Notes: a model not told the origin generated them from the letters alone. A stretch of 64,000 nucleotides of DNA from Gemmatimonadales bacterium (GCA_965249575.1 OZ252244.1:480001-544000); one strand, 5' to 3'; numbered from the stretch's first letter, positions 19,938 through 30,885 are shown. Program-made: numbers and translations.

Positions 19938-20827
19938 GGTAAGAGCGTGTCCCGAGGGGCTGGGAGCGGCGCGTCCCGCTTCTCCTCGCGCTCCTCGTCC
20001 TTCCGCTGACGGAGCTCCCCCACATAGCGCTTGAAATCGGCGGCGTTCCGAGCCCGCCGAGCAGCCTGCACGATGTCTGCGCGGATCTGTTGGAGCCGCT
20101 CGGCTTGCAGTGCCTGGTCGTAGTTACCCGACGGCATTGGGAGGAGCGCCAGGATTGCCGACGGGATCTTGATGTCTCCCAGATAGATCCACTGCCCGTC
20201 GAACCCCCAGGGTTTGCCGTTGATATCCTTGGTCCATTTCGGCGGTCTACCCACGGCGAAGGAGTCCGGCGGCATGGTATCGATGAACGCGAGGATCCGC
20301 TCCGCCATCGCGCTGTCGATGCGCGCAGCGTGCACGGCGGGATCGAACGGCTCCGCCTCTCGATAGGGGACATCGGCAGGCGGCACCCACAGGAAGCCGT
20401 TCCCGTACGCCGGCCCTAGCCGTCGGTGCGTCCCGACGGCCAGCTCGACGTCTTCACCCTCCCCCCCTCCCACCGGTCCGAGCACAAGCCCCACGCTGGT
20501 GGTATCGATTCCGGTCGGTGTTTCGGCCGGTGGGGCGGAGGGCGGTGGCGGCGCTTCAGCCAGAACGGGCCGCTCGGGTGGTGTAGGCGACGGCGCTTCG
20601 ACCGGACCTCTCGGCCCGCTCCCGGTGCCCGGCGGCCCGGTGAAGAGCGGAGCCGGCAGTTCCGGCACGCCGCCGCTCGGCTCGAGTATCACGGTCACCA
20701 CCCGCGGGCGGTGCGGGGGACTCTGGAGCGTCAGGAGCAGCGCGATGAATACCGCGTGCGCGACCACGCTGGCCGCGAACCATGGCTGCCATCTCACACG
20801 GGCGCGCGGAAGGAAGAATCTATGCAC
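19934..20827 (-). CDS. membrane-anchored Pro-rich hypothetical protein
   Basis: 'SVVAHAVF' TM (TonB-like SxxxH), Pro-rich linker. Confidence 0.7.
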   Translation of the reverse strand: MHRFFLPRARVRWQPWFAASVVAHAVFIALLLTLQSPPHRPRVVTVILEPSGGVPELPAPLFTGPPGTGSGPRGPVEAPSPTPPERPVLAEAPPPPSAPPAETPTGIDTTSVGLVLGPVGGGEGEDVELAVGTHRRLGPAYGNGFLWVPPADVPYREAEPFDPAVHAARIDSAMAERILAFIDTMPPDSFAVGRPPKWTKDINGKPWGFDGQWIYLGDIKIPSAILALLPMPSGNYDQALQAERLQQIRADIVQAARRARNAADFKRYVGELRQRKDEEREEKRDAPLPAPRDTLLP

Positions 20828-22010
20828 GGACCGCGCTGCTCCCACTGAGCACGCCCGACCACTCGATACGATGAGCGGCCTCGCGTAACCGTTCCGGCTC
20901 GACCGTGAGTGACAGTCGTAAATATCCGTCCCCGGCGGTCCCGAAGGCCGACCCCGGCATGAGCATGAGTGCTTGGTCCTCAAGCAGCCGCCGCGTCACG
21001 CCAGCGGAAGACACCCCCTCGGGCAACGGAACCCACATATACAAGGTCGCTTTGGGCGGCTCGATCGTCAGACCGAGATCCCGCAGCAAGGCAACCGCGA
21101 CGTCTCGCCGCTCGACGAGCGCGTCCCGAATGGGCGCACTCGCGGCCTCGGCATCATCTAGCACCGCGGCGCCCGCAGCCTGGAGTGCCAGAAACGAACC
21201 CGTATCCACGAAGGTCTTGACTCGGGTGAGCCGGGCAATGAGATCGGCGTTGCCCACCGCCCACCCGAGACGCCATCCAGCCATGGCGAAGCTCTTCGAG
21301 AACGAGTGAAACTCGACGGCGACGTCGCGAGCTCCGGGGATCTCGAGAATACTGGGGGCGCGATAGCCGTCGAAGGTGATGTCGCAGTAGGGATTGTCGT
21401 ACGCGAGCGCGATCCCGTGCCGCCCACACAGCTCCACCAATCGCTCGAGATATCCTCGCGGCGCAATGGCGGTGGTGGGATTGTTGGGATAGTTCACGTA
21501 GGCCAACCGGACACGGGACAGGTCCCGAGCGGGCAGGCTGTCGAGTTGAAGTAAGAAGTCTGCGTCGGCTGTGAGCGGGAGCGTCAAGGCCTGAGCATCG
21601 GTGAGCACGACGCCGCCCGCGTAGGCGGGATAGCCGGGATCGGGCAGCACGCACGCGTCGCCCGAATCGAGCACGGCGTGAGCCATGTTCGCCAACCCCT
21701 CCTTCGATCCGAGCAGCGGAAGCACTTCCGTTTGCGGGTCGACCCGCACCGTGAACCGCCGGGACATGTAGCGGGCTATCGCTTCGCGGAACTCCCCGAG
21801 ACCCGACTGAAATCCGTAGCGACTCATGTCAGGATCGGTGATCGCATCGCGGAGCGTTCGTACGGCGATCTCGGGAGGTGAAAAGGCGAGATCTCCCATC
21901 CCGAGGTCGATCACGTCCGCTCCGCGCTGCACCAACCGCCGCTTGGCCAACACCAGCTCCGCGGCGGTGTAATGCGGCAGTCGGTCTACCCGCTTGTTTC
22001 CGGCGAGCAC
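20820..22010 (-). CDS. class I/II PLP aminotransferase (LL-diaminopimelate aminotransferase-like)
   Basis: LLGSKEG, NYPNNPT, SFSKSFAMAGWRLG. Confidence 0.9.
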   Translation of the reverse strand: MLAGNKRVDRLPHYTAAELVLAKRRLVQRGADVIDLGMGDLAFSPPEIAVRTLRDAITDPDMSRYGFQSGLGEFREAIARYMSRRFTVRVDPQTEVLPLLGSKEGLANMAHAVLDSGDACVLPDPGYPAYAGGVVLTDAQALTLPLTADADFLLQLDSLPARDLSRVRLAYVNYPNNPTTAIAPRGYLERLVELCGRHGIALAYDNPYCDITFDGYRAPSILEIPGARDVAVEFHSFSKSFAMAGWRLGWAVGNADLIARLTRVKTFVDTGSFLALQAAGAAVLDDAEAASAPIRDALVERRDVAVALLRDLGLTIEPPKATLYMWVPLPEGVSSAGVTRRLLEDQALMLMPGSAFGTAGDGYLRLSLTVEPERLREAAHRIEWSGVLSGSSAVRA

Positions 22011-24517
22011 GCCATCACTCCCCTCGCGTGTCGGGCGAAGAAATCCTGCACTGCGCCCCGGACCTCCGCCCACGTTCCAACGATGGTGTCCGCCGGCGGT
22101 AGCGAAGCCGTCAGCGTTCGCCCGTAGCCCCGGGTGACGATCCGGTGATCCATCACGATGACGACGCCTACATCGGAGCTCGAACGGATCAGGCGGCCAA
22201 AGCCCTGTTTGAGCTTGAGCGCCGCGTGAGGGAGCAGGTAGTTCATGAACCCATCCATCCCCTGCTCTTCGACCCGCTCGAGACGAGCCGCCGTGAGAGG
22301 CTCGGTCGGGACCTTGAACGGCAGCTTCGCGATCACCAGCGACCGCAGTGAGGCCCCTGGAACATCAACACCCTCCCAAAAGCTATCTGTTCCCAACAGC
22401 ACTGCGGAACCCGAGTCCCGGAACCTGCGGAGCAGCTGGTACCGCTGCCCCTCGCCCTGTACCAGCAAGGGCCAGCGGCTCCCGACATCGGCTCGGACCG
22501 CGGCCGCCACTCGCCGGAGCGCGGCGTGACTGGTGAACAACACGAACAGCCCGCCATCGGACGCGCGAGCGACGTCGGAAACAGCCGCTGCCAGCGCCGC
22601 CTCGTGTCCCGCTTCATCACGGCGCGGCTCTGGCAGATCCGTGGGGATCCCCAGGAGGCACTGCTTCGGATAGTCGAACGGTGACGGGAGGATGTACTCG
22701 TACTTCACCCGGCCCACCGGCTCGGCGAGGCCAACGCGCTCTTTCAAAAACCGGAAGTCACCTCCCGCCGCCAGCGTCGCGCTGGTGAGCACGACGGTGT
22801 CGATGCGGTCGAATAGTGACTCCCTGAGAATCGGAGCGAGGTCCAGCGGGACGGCGGCGAGCGCGATTGGGAACGGCAGCGCACCGGCCGGTCGCGATCC
22901 GCGCCGCTCGATCCATCGGACGGTCGCCGCGGGCTGCTCCGGCCTGAGCGCTAGCAACACGGAATCGGCGGCGGTATGGAGACGTCGAACGACGCCCCGA
23001 AGCTCCTGAATGAGCTGTGACGCCCGCTCGGATCCCTCCTCCTGCTCGAGCCGGTCGGCAACGGTTTCGACGCCATCCCCGATGCGCCGGAAGACGGCGA
23101 CCATGTTGTCGAGCGCTTCACCAAGACCCGCCCCCCAGACCGGGTCCGCGGCAAAGGCGTTCGTGAGCCTCAACACGGTCTCCCCGACTGACTGCAGCCG
23201 GTCGGCGAGCACGCCAAACACCCGGTCCGAGTGGGCGCGCGCGTCGGCGATGGCGGGCATGAGCGCCAGCCGGATGAGGTCCAGCGACGCCTGGCTCAGG
23301 AGCTCGTCGCGCTGCGCGAGGTCGCGCAGGAGTGTTGGCAGGAGCCCCTTGCCATTGCGCTCGAGCCGGGACAGCAGTCGCGTGACGCCACGCGACGTGA
23401 CGTGCGCGCCGAGGTGCTGAGCGGCCGTGTCCTCCAGATGATGACCCTCGTCGAGAATGAGGCGACGATACGGCGGGAGCACCGCCGCATCGGTCCAGTT
23501 ATCCTGCGCGCGGCGCACAGAGAGATCGGCTGCAAGCAAATGATGGTTGACGACGATGACATCGGCTTGTGCTGCGCGGCGCCGTGCGCCGAACAGAAAG
23601 CAACGATCGAAGTGGGGACACTTGAGCCGCGTGCAGAGATCGGGCTCGGCACTGATTTCGTCCCAGATCTCGGGCGATGGCTCATCGACCAGGTCCGCGA
23701 GCGACCCATCAGTCGTATGGGAGGCCCACTCCGCGATCTGCTCTATCTCCTCGTGCTTCCCGGGCGCGAGCAGCGAGCCGGCCCCCCCGCGGGCCAGCTC
23801 CAAGCGGGACAGACACACGTAGTTGCGCCACCCCTTGAGTAGGGCATAGGTGAGCTCCTCCCCGTCGCCCGACAGGGCTCGGCGCAGAAGCGGGAGGTCC
23901 TTCCCGATCAGCTGCTCTTGCAGGTTGATCGTGTTGGTGGAAACAACCGTCCGCTCGCCGTTCTCGCGCGCCCAGAGCGCCGCGGCAACGAGGTAGGCGA
24001 ACGACTTCCCGATTCCGGTCCCCGCCTCGAGGAGGGCGACCCCCCCATCGTTGTAGAGGTCCGCCACGTACGACGCCATGTCCCGCTGGCTCGGGCGATC
24101 TTCGAACTGTGTCAGCGTCTTTGCGACTGCTCCCGACGCCCCGAGCATGGCGGCCGTCCCCACCGGGTCGAGCGGTGTGTATTCCGGCGCCCGGGGTACC
24201 TCGACCACGACGTAGAGGCTCGCAGCCGCGTTATCGATGATCCCCAGGCCGAATCCGGCATCGTGCAGCCTCACGCCGATGTCGAGATCGGCGGCGGAGG
24301 GTTCGAGCACCCCGCTCGGATGATTGTGGATCACCATCTCTCCCCGCGCGGCACTCCCGGGGAGGGCGAGCACGCAGTCGGGGGTTCCCCGGGCGACCGC
24401 CCGGACATCGACCACGACTCCCTGTGGGTCGAGCTGTCCGGCGAAGCACACCTCCCGTCCGCCAGCGCCCGCGATCTCTTCGGCCAAGCGGGCTCTCACG
24501 GCGGAGGTCATGCGCAT
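21986..24517 (-). CDS. DinG/YoaA-family Fe-S helicase with N-terminal JAB/RadC-like domain
   Basis: HNHPSG..EPSAAD; EAGTGIGKS; four Fe-S Cys; DEGHH; QGFGRLIR. Confidence 0.92.
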   Translation of the reverse strand: MRMTSAVRARLAEEIAGAGGREVCFAGQLDPQGVVVDVRAVARGTPDCVLALPGSAARGEMVIHNHPSGVLEPSAADLDIGVRLHDAGFGLGIIDNAAASLYVVVEVPRAPEYTPLDPVGTAAMLGASGAVAKTLTQFEDRPSQRDMASYVADLYNDGGVALLEAGTGIGKSFAYLVAAALWARENGERTVVSTNTINLQEQLIGKDLPLLRRALSGDGEELTYALLKGWRNYVCLSRLELARGGAGSLLAPGKHEEIEQIAEWASHTTDGSLADLVDEPSPEIWDEISAEPDLCTRLKCPHFDRCFLFGARRRAAQADVIVVNHHLLAADLSVRRAQDNWTDAAVLPPYRRLILDEGHHLEDTAAQHLGAHVTSRGVTRLLSRLERNGKGLLPTLLRDLAQRDELLSQASLDLIRLALMPAIADARAHSDRVFGVLADRLQSVGETVLRLTNAFAADPVWGAGLGEALDNMVAVFRRIGDGVETVADRLEQEEGSERASQLIQELRGVVRRLHTAADSVLLALRPEQPAATVRWIERRGSRPAGALPFPIALAAVPLDLAPILRESLFDRIDTVVLTSATLAAGGDFRFLKERVGLAEPVGRVKYEYILPSPFDYPKQCLLGIPTDLPEPRRDEAGHEAALAAAVSDVARASDGGLFVLFTSHAALRRVAAAVRADVGSRWPLLVQGEGQRYQLLRRFRDSGSAVLLGTDSFWEGVDVPGASLRSLVIAKLPFKVPTEPLTAARLERVEEQGMDGFMNYLLPHAALKLKQGFGRLIRSSSDVGVVIVMDHRIVTRGYGRTLTASLPPADTIVGTWAEVRGAVQDFFARHARGVMACSPETSG

Positions 24518-25821
24518 CAGGTCTTGAGTTCGCGTTTCTTCGCGGCTGGAAAGAGAACGTTGTTGAGGATGAGACGATAGCCTGGGGACGTCGGGTGCAG
24601 GGACAGGTCCGTTGGCGGATCTCCAACTTGGTGTTGGGGGTCTTCCGGATCGTGACCGCCGAGGAAGGTCCATGTTCCCTTCCCCGAGGCCCCGTGGATG
24701 TACTTCACCCACGGTGAGCGCCCCTCGCTCGCGAGCTCGATGACGCCGGGCTTGAGCCGGTTCCGATTGAACGACGTTGTCAGTCCGTAGAAATCGGGAA
24801 CGACTTGCCGGTGACTCTGCACGAGCATGGCCGGCACCGGATCGATCTTGGCGCTGAAGCTGAACAGCTTGAAGGCGCCGAGTGGCTGGCGGAGCGGTGG
24901 GTTATTGACTTGGTGCCCGTCGATGTCCGAGAAGCTCGCCGTTGAGGGTGACGTGTCGAGCCGCGCCCCGTGAAAAGCCAGCGACCGGTCCCACTGCATC
25001 TTCTCGGCCGCGGCGGGATCCATTGGGGTTCCATCGGCATAGTTCGCCGCGATATCGACGTCCTGACCCGCGAGCGCCAACTCGAGTGTCTCCGTAGCCG
25101 CGCACATACCGAACAAGAACCCGCCGTTCGTCACGTAGTCACGGATTCCCCGGGCCACCGCCTTCTTGAGATCCGGCACGTTGCCGAACCCGAGCCTCCT
25201 CGCCATCTCCGAGTGCAGCTGGACCATCGACGTCAGCCACGGCGAGCCGCTATACGTCAGAAAGAACTTCGAGTATTGGCCGGTGAAATCCTCGTGGTGG
25301 AGGTGGAGCCACTCGTAGTCCTTGAGCCCCCCACCGATCACTTCGGCATCCCAAATGGAGTCGTATTCGATACCCGCGAATTGCAGCGCCATGCGAACGG
25401 CATCGTCCCAGGGCGTGGTCCCCGGCGGGACGTAGACCGCGATCTTCGGCGCCTTCTCGAGCGGGATCGCCTCCATGTTGCGGGATTGGATCATGCCACG
25501 GACGTCGAGCACCTGGGAATCGGATCGCACCTCGGCTACGACACCCGAGAGCGCTGCGTCCCGTTGGGTGGCCGGGTCTTGCTCGATGAGGAAGGATCCA
25601 CTGCGATAGTTGAGCAACCACTCGGCGCGACCGCCGCGCTGCAACATGCGGTAGATGACCCCGTAGGCCTTCAGATGCTCTGGCTGACGGTCATCCATGG
25701 GGATCAGCAGCCATCCCGCCCTGCTCACCCGACCGGCGTCGCCCGCGGCCGCAAGCGCGGGGCCGGATCCCATCGCCAATACGCCGGCTCCCACGTGTGA
25801 CAGGAAATCGCGACGCTTCAT
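24517..25821 (-). CDS. Tat-exported conserved hypothetical protein (family often mislabelled 'asparagine synthetase B')
   Basis: MKRRDFL Tat signal; 'HLKAYG', 'WLLNYRSGSF', 'LHLHHEDFTGQ', 'GGHDPED'. Confidence 0.8.
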   Translation of the reverse strand: MKRRDFLSHVGAGVLAMGSGPALAAAGDAGRVSRAGWLLIPMDDRQPEHLKAYGVIYRMLQRGGRAEWLLNYRSGSFLIEQDPATQRDAALSGVVAEVRSDSQVLDVRGMIQSRNMEAIPLEKAPKIAVYVPPGTTPWDDAVRMALQFAGIEYDSIWDAEVIGGGLKDYEWLHLHHEDFTGQYSKFFLTYSGSPWLTSMVQLHSEMARRLGFGNVPDLKKAVARGIRDYVTNGGFLFGMCAATETLELALAGQDVDIAANYADGTPMDPAAAEKMQWDRSLAFHGARLDTSPSTASFSDIDGHQVNNPPLRQPLGAFKLFSFSAKIDPVPAMLVQSHRQVVPDFYGLTTSFNRNRLKPGVIELASEGRSPWVKYIHGASGKGTWTFLGGHDPEDPQHQVGDPPTDLSLHPTSPGYRLILNNVLFPAAKKRELKT

Positions 25822-27563
25822 CACAGCCTGGGGATGTTCCCCCGGACCTGGTCGAGCAGCCGCCGCGCATGCGGGACCATGGCGCTGCTGGGATAGGTCA
25901 GAATCAAGTGCTCGAGGTGCTGGATCGACTCGTCGGTCTGGCCGGTAGCGTGGTAGGATTCCGCAAGCGCGAACTCCGCCGGCGGAGCGGCGGGGCCGTT
26001 CGGCTCGGCCTGAAGGGCGGCGAGCAGCAGCGGTTGGGCGAAGTCGTGCAGATCGAGCGTCAACGCGATCCGCGCCGTGTAGGTCAGGACATCCGCTCGA
26101 CCCCCCTCGGCGGGTAACGAATCGCCGGCGGTGGCGAGCTCTCGCAGGGCGGCGTTCGTGTCGCCGCGGGCAAGCGTATAGAACGCCCGTCCGAGATCGG
26201 GAACCGAGTCGGGCTCGATCTGTTGAATCAGGGCTGCGACCTCCGTGCGCTCGGTCGCCTCTTCCAGCGTGCCCGCGTGCGGACCGGCCGCTCTGAAATC
26301 TTTGGTGGCTGTCCGGAGGTCCCCGATGAACAGGGACATCCACCCGCGCAGTGCCAGCACGCCGATCGCCGAATCGTCGGCGACGATGGTCTTCGCGCTG
26401 AGCCCGTCGCCTTGAATGAGCCACGCCCAGGCGATCTTGATGCGCAGAGCTTGGGCTTCCTCCCCGCTCATTCGTCCGGCCCATTGGCGATACTGACCCG
26501 CCGCCTCCTCGACCCGCCCCTCCTCCGCGAGAACGCCGATCAACGCGGCCATCGCGTCGGACGCGGAGTTCGGCGAGGCAATCGAGTCGGCCGCGACCCG
26601 CTCCAGCATGCGCTGCGCTGCCTGCCGCTCTCCCGCGTCCGCGAACGCGCGCGCCGCATCGATACGCGCTCGTTCGGCGGCGACCCCACGCGCGAGACCC
26701 GCGATGCGCTCGAGCGCATAGCCGCGAGCTCTCGACGACTCGGGTGACCGCGCGAGACCGGCCTGTTCGGCAAACCGCTGCAACACCGAGATGGCACTGC
26801 CGCGGTCCTCTGGCAGCGACGCGTCGAGGAGCGCCCACGCCTCGCCCGGTCGTCCCCAAGCGAGCATCAGATCGGCGGCCATACGCCTCGCGGTCGCGTC
26901 GCCGATCGACCGTTGCAATTGGTTGAGGACGTTCTTGCGCTTGCGCTCCGGTGTCCGCGCCAGACTGGTCGACGCACCGTCGGCCAGCGCGTCGTTGGCC
27001 GCCACCGCCACGTGCCATTGGCGGGCTGCCTGCACGAACTCCCCGCTCAGCGCGGAGAGCTCCGCCACGTCCTGCGCCAGCGCGGCACCACCAACACGAC
27101 GACCGCCCTCGAGCAGCACTCCGCGCGCCTCCGAGAAACTGCCCCGCTGTGCCAACCCAAAGGCCCATTCGCGATAGGGCTCGGGGCTCGCGGGCGCGAC
27201 AGCCATCCAGCGTCGCGCCGCCGCCTCGCTGCTGTCGGGTTGATCGAGGGTTGCCCAGATTCGCACTTCGAGGGCCCTGACGAAGGGGTTGTTGGGACTG
27301 CTGGCGAGTGCCGCGGCAATCTGCGGTGCGATGGACTCGAGACCCCCGGAGGCGTCGAGCACACGCTCCAATCCGAGCAGCGCCGAAATATTGGTGGGTT
27401 GGGACTCGAGCGCCTGGCGATACCGCTCCGCCGCTTCTTCGTACCGCTCTTCCCGCTCGAAATCGAGCGCCTCGCTCAAGTCCGAGGACACCGTCTGCGC
27501 CGGCGACGTCGCCGGCAGCAAGGCCAGGAGCAACCACCCGATCGCGGTTCTAACGCGCGTCAT
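25821..27563 (-). CDS. secreted tetratricopeptide repeat protein
   Basis: Signal peptide, TPR-like helices, 'LILTYPSS' tail. Confidence 0.85.
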   Translation of the reverse strand: MTRVRTAIGWLLLALLPATSPAQTVSSDLSEALDFEREERYEEAAERYRQALESQPTNISALLGLERVLDASGGLESIAPQIAAALASSPNNPFVRALEVRIWATLDQPDSSEAAARRWMAVAPASPEPYREWAFGLAQRGSFSEARGVLLEGGRRVGGAALAQDVAELSALSGEFVQAARQWHVAVAANDALADGASTSLARTPERKRKNVLNQLQRSIGDATARRMAADLMLAWGRPGEAWALLDASLPEDRGSAISVLQRFAEQAGLARSPESSRARGYALERIAGLARGVAAERARIDAARAFADAGERQAAQRMLERVAADSIASPNSASDAMAALIGVLAEEGRVEEAAGQYRQWAGRMSGEEAQALRIKIAWAWLIQGDGLSAKTIVADDSAIGVLALRGWMSLFIGDLRTATKDFRAAGPHAGTLEEATERTEVAALIQQIEPDSVPDLGRAFYTLARGDTNAALRELATAGDSLPAEGGRADVLTYTARIALTLDLHDFAQPLLLAALQAEPNGPAAPPAEFALAESYHATGQTDESIQHLEHLILTYPSSAMVPHARRLLDQVRGNIPRL

Positions 27564-30500
27564 TCAGTCGGCGGAAGTAGTCGAGGATGAGGCGTCGCTC
27601 CTCGGGGGATAGCTCGCGGAGCTCCTCCCACGTCGGATAGCGGTATCGGGGCGCCCCTACGGCCCCTGGCTCGAGCTCGGATGGCACCAACAGGTTCTCG
27701 CCTCGCGCGGTTTTTGACTTGCGCTCGAGATCTTCGTCTTCCTCCTCGCCGGTCAGCGTGCGGCCTGCATCCAACAGCCGATGGAACAACTTGTCCTGCC
27801 GCTCGACCGTCCGGCTGTTCAACTCGCCCCCCTCCAGCTCGCGAGCGATGCGGCGCGCCTCCTCTGAAAGCTCTCGCATGCCGCTGGGGGTGGAGCCTTT
27901 GGCATCGAGCCGCTCGAGCTCTTCGGCAACGGCCCGCTGTCGCTCGGCCAGCATGCGCATCTGCTGCAGCAGCGCTTCTCCTTCGCCGAGCTGGATTTGA
28001 GGAAGCAGGCTCCCACTCTGACCGGCAATCGCGCTTTGGGTCCCGGCCATTTGCGCCAACCGTTCCACGGCCTCACTGAACCCGGAGCCGGTCCCCGCGC
28101 TCTGCACGTCCTCGCGTGCCTGAAGCAGGGAATACGCGACCGAGTTGAGGCCGGTGACGGCTTGCCCCGCAATCGTGGCCGCGTTCTTCGTGTCGGGCGC
28201 CGGCTGCTGGAGGCGCTCGAGCGCCTCCTTCATGCGCAGGCGCGCCAATCCGAGCGCCGTCGAGATTTCCGGGGAGATGAGGGCGTTCTTGCCGGCCGCC
28301 TGCTGGAGTCGCTGGATGATCTTCTCCATTCCCTCCTTGAGGGCCGCCTGTTTCCCGCGGAGCTCCGCGCCGGACTCCCCGCGCCGGAGACGATCGGCAA
28401 GCTCTTTCTGCAGCCGGGCGAGGGAAGTCGTCTCCATCAGCGCATGGTCCATCTTGCCTAGCACTTCGCTCTTCCACGCTTTTCGAAGCTCGTCCCGCTG
28501 CTTCTTCAGCTGTTGCGACATCGGCTGAAGCATCTGGCTCGCCTCCTCGCCCGCCTGGCGTGCCTTGTCCACCTCCCGCTTCTCAGCTTCGTCCGCCGCC
28601 TCTTGCATCTCCTCGGCAGCCTGCCGCGCCTTGTCGCCCGCGTCCTCTTCGTCGGGCTTCCCTTCTTCGTCGTTCGGCCGGCCATCGGTCGAGTCGCTCT
28701 GTTCCTGATCGGGCGGCTGCTCCATGTCTGCGGTCGATTGCTCGATCATCTCCTGCAGCTCATCCAGCCGGGCGGCCAGGCTATCGGTCTCCATGGCGAG
28801 CTGCCGTTCGTCGAGCGCCATCGACGAATCCGGTTCCAGCCCGAGTTGTTCATTCCAGTCGTCCTGCCGGTTCGCCAGATCTTCGGCGTCCTCGGCCAGG
28901 GTGGTGAGAGAGCCTTCGATGGCCGCTCGCTCGAACAGTTCCTGGCTGCGCTCCAGTTGCTCCTTGAACTGGCGCCCCGACTCCGCCAGCTGCTCAAACG
29001 CGTCGCGCGAGCGCTCGGCATCGAGGTTCTCCAATGCCTCTCGAACCTCGTTGAGCTTCGCCTCGAGGTCTGGCGTCATCGCACGATCGAGCAGCCGCTC
29101 CAGGTCCTTCAACTGGCGCTGAAACTCGGGATCGTCGAGCCCGGCCGCCTCGGCCGCCTCGGACAGCTTCTCCAAGTCCTCGCGAAGCTGCTCGGCCCGA
29201 TCGATGACCTCCTCCTGATCTTCGGCCAAGTCACCCGCCCGCTCCGCGGTGTTGAAGTCGAGCTCGGCGTCTTCGCCCCCCTCACCCAGCGCCCGCTCGG
29301 CCGCCATCTCCTCTTCCGCCCGCGCGAGCTCTTCCTGTTTCGTCACCAGGGAATCCACTCCCTCGCCGATCTCGCTCGTGGCAACCCGCACCGCCTCGCG
29401 CATCTCGGCCAGCGTGGGGAGGCGAAGGACGTACTCGGGACTCACGCCCATCTGTGGCGTCGGGGCGTTGTCGAAGGCGCGCAATCGGAAATGGGCCGTA
29501 TCACCGGGCGCGAACCCGCGACCGTTCAAATCGAGCACCCACTGCAGCACCAGCCGCTCGGCACCCTCCTCCGGCAACGGAATCGGCTCGATGAGCCTCT
29601 CGTCGCTCACGCCCCGCCGGCTCACACGCCGCATCTCGAGCTGCACGCGCGTGACCAGATGGTCGTCCCGCACGTCTACGACCAACGGCTGCTTGAGGGT
29701 GGCGGGGGCGGTCGTATCGCCACCGGGCACCGGGACCGTGACCGTTGGCGCGCTGTCGCGCACGGCGATGATGTGGAGCTCGGGAGGCCGCCCCTCAAGG
29801 GCGCCCCCACCCTCCGGCACCGCAAGCAGCGTCCACGTACCGCTCCGCGTGACCCGCAGCGCGCCTGCAAACGCCTGGCCTTCCGTCGCGAACGCGGCGC
29901 TCCGCCCACCGCTCAGACTCCAGCCGGCCGATCGGAGGGGTACGGTCGAGCGGCCTCGCACTGAAATGCGGGTCCCCGTCGGAAAGAGAAGCGTGTCCGG
30001 CCCGGGAAGGATGGGCTCGTCGGGTAGTACTAGGTACGACGGATACTCGGCGATGAGCGACAGCTCGGCGAGAAAGGCGGGCAGGGCCACCCTGACCTGC
30101 ACCGTTTCGGACATCCTGCCGCCGCTCGCGGCGCGAACGAACCGATCGCTCTCCAGGGGTCCGAGCGTCCTGACGGCCCGGCCCAGCGAATCGAGGGCCA
30201 GCGGCAACGCACTCCACGGCTCGCCGGGTGCCCGAACCATGAGGCTCGCAGCCCGTCGTCCTTCGGCGACCACCGTGACCTCCACCCGGTCGCCGCGGCG
30301 CACGTCGCTTCGGTCGACGGAGATCAGAATCGGCCCACGTGCCTTGGCCACAGTCGCTATCGGGTGCCAAAACGCGCTCGCGCGGCTCGAGGACGGCCCC
30401 GTCAGGAAAAACGCACCCAGCGCGCCGGCCGCCGCGATCGATGCGAACCGCAGCAGCTTGACGCCCTCCCCCCGCGCCGGCCGGAGCGCGTCCTCACCGT

Positions 30501-30885
30501 GTTCTTCGAGCCACGCAACCGCACGCCCGTCGGCGAGCTCGGCGAGGGCACGGCTCCCCCGCGGATCTTCCGCGTCGGCCATGCCCGCGATCGCTCCATT
30601 GCGCAGGCCGCCGCGTAGCTCGACCTCGCGAGCCAAGCGCTTCGCGCTGCTGGTGCGCAGGCGCCGCCGGAGCCAGAGATACGCGCCGCCTGCCACGGCC
30701 AACGCCGCGACCCACCCCGCGAGAACCGCCGCTGGCTGTAACCGATAGAGTCCGAGCCGCGCGAGCACGACGCTCAGTCCAAACACGGCCAACACCCCGC
30801 CGACGGTCAGCAGCACGCCGGCGCCCACTTCGCGGCGGTTGAATTCCCGCCCGCGCGCTTCGAGCCAGGATCTGGTTTCCGTCAC
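27550..30885 (-). CDS. DUF4175-like membrane protein with long coiled coil
   Basis: N-terminal TMs, Ig-like region 'DSAPTV...DVRDD', acidic coiled coil, 'DYFRRL' end. Confidence 0.8.
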   Translation of the reverse strand: MTETRSWLEARGREFNRREVGAGVLLTVGGVLAVFGLSVVLARLGLYRLQPAAVLAGWVAALAVAGGAYLWLRRRLRTSSAKRLAREVELRGGLRNGAIAGMADAEDPRGSRALAELADGRAVAWLEEHGEDALRPARGEGVKLLRFASIAAAGALGAFFLTGPSSSRASAFWHPIATVAKARGPILISVDRSDVRRGDRVEVTVVAEGRRAASLMVRAPGEPWSALPLALDSLGRAVRTLGPLESDRFVRAASGGRMSETVQVRVALPAFLAELSLIAEYPSYLVLPDEPILPGPDTLLFPTGTRISVRGRSTVPLRSAGWSLSGGRSAAFATEGQAFAGALRVTRSGTWTLLAVPEGGGALEGRPPELHIIAVRDSAPTVTVPVPGGDTTAPATLKQPLVVDVRDDHLVTRVQLEMRRVSRRGVSDERLIEPIPLPEEGAERLVLQWVLDLNGRGFAPGDTAHFRLRAFDNAPTPQMGVSPEYVLRLPTLAEMREAVRVATSEIGEGVDSLVTKQEELARAEEEMAAERALGEGGEDAELDFNTAERAGDLAEDQEEVIDRAEQLREDLEKLSEAAEAAGLDDPEFQRQLKDLERLLDRAMTPDLEAKLNEVREALENLDAERSRDAFEQLAESGRQFKEQLERSQELFERAAIEGSLTTLAEDAEDLANRQDDWNEQLGLEPDSSMALDERQLAMETDSLAARLDELQEMIEQSTADMEQPPDQEQSDSTDGRPNDEEGKPDEEDAGDKARQAAEEMQEAADEAEKREVDKARQAGEEASQMLQPMSQQLKKQRDELRKAWKSEVLGKMDHALMETTSLARLQKELADRLRRGESGAELRGKQAALKEGMEKIIQRLQQAAGKNALISPEISTALGLARLRMKEALERLQQPAPDTKNAATIAGQAVTGLNSVAYSLLQAREDVQSAGTGSGFSEAVERLAQMAGTQSAIAGQSGSLLPQIQLGEGEALLQQMRMLAERQRAVAEELERLDAKGSTPSGMRELSEEARRIARELEGGELNSRTVERQDKLFHRLLDAGRTLTGEEEDEDLERKSKTARGENLLVPSELEPGAVGAPRYRYPTWEELRELSPEERRLILDYFRRLNDAR

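Noticed and set aside
24517..27537. 1006-aa ORF from the track
   Set aside because: The first ~570 aa are an alternative-frame overlap of the TPR gene; the real gene starts at the Tat signal at 25821.
28513..30748. Long plus-strand ORFs (483 and 499 aa) and similar antisense ORFs elsewhere
   Set aside because: Shadow ORFs opposite real genes, as expected in high-GC DNA; no recognisable motifs.
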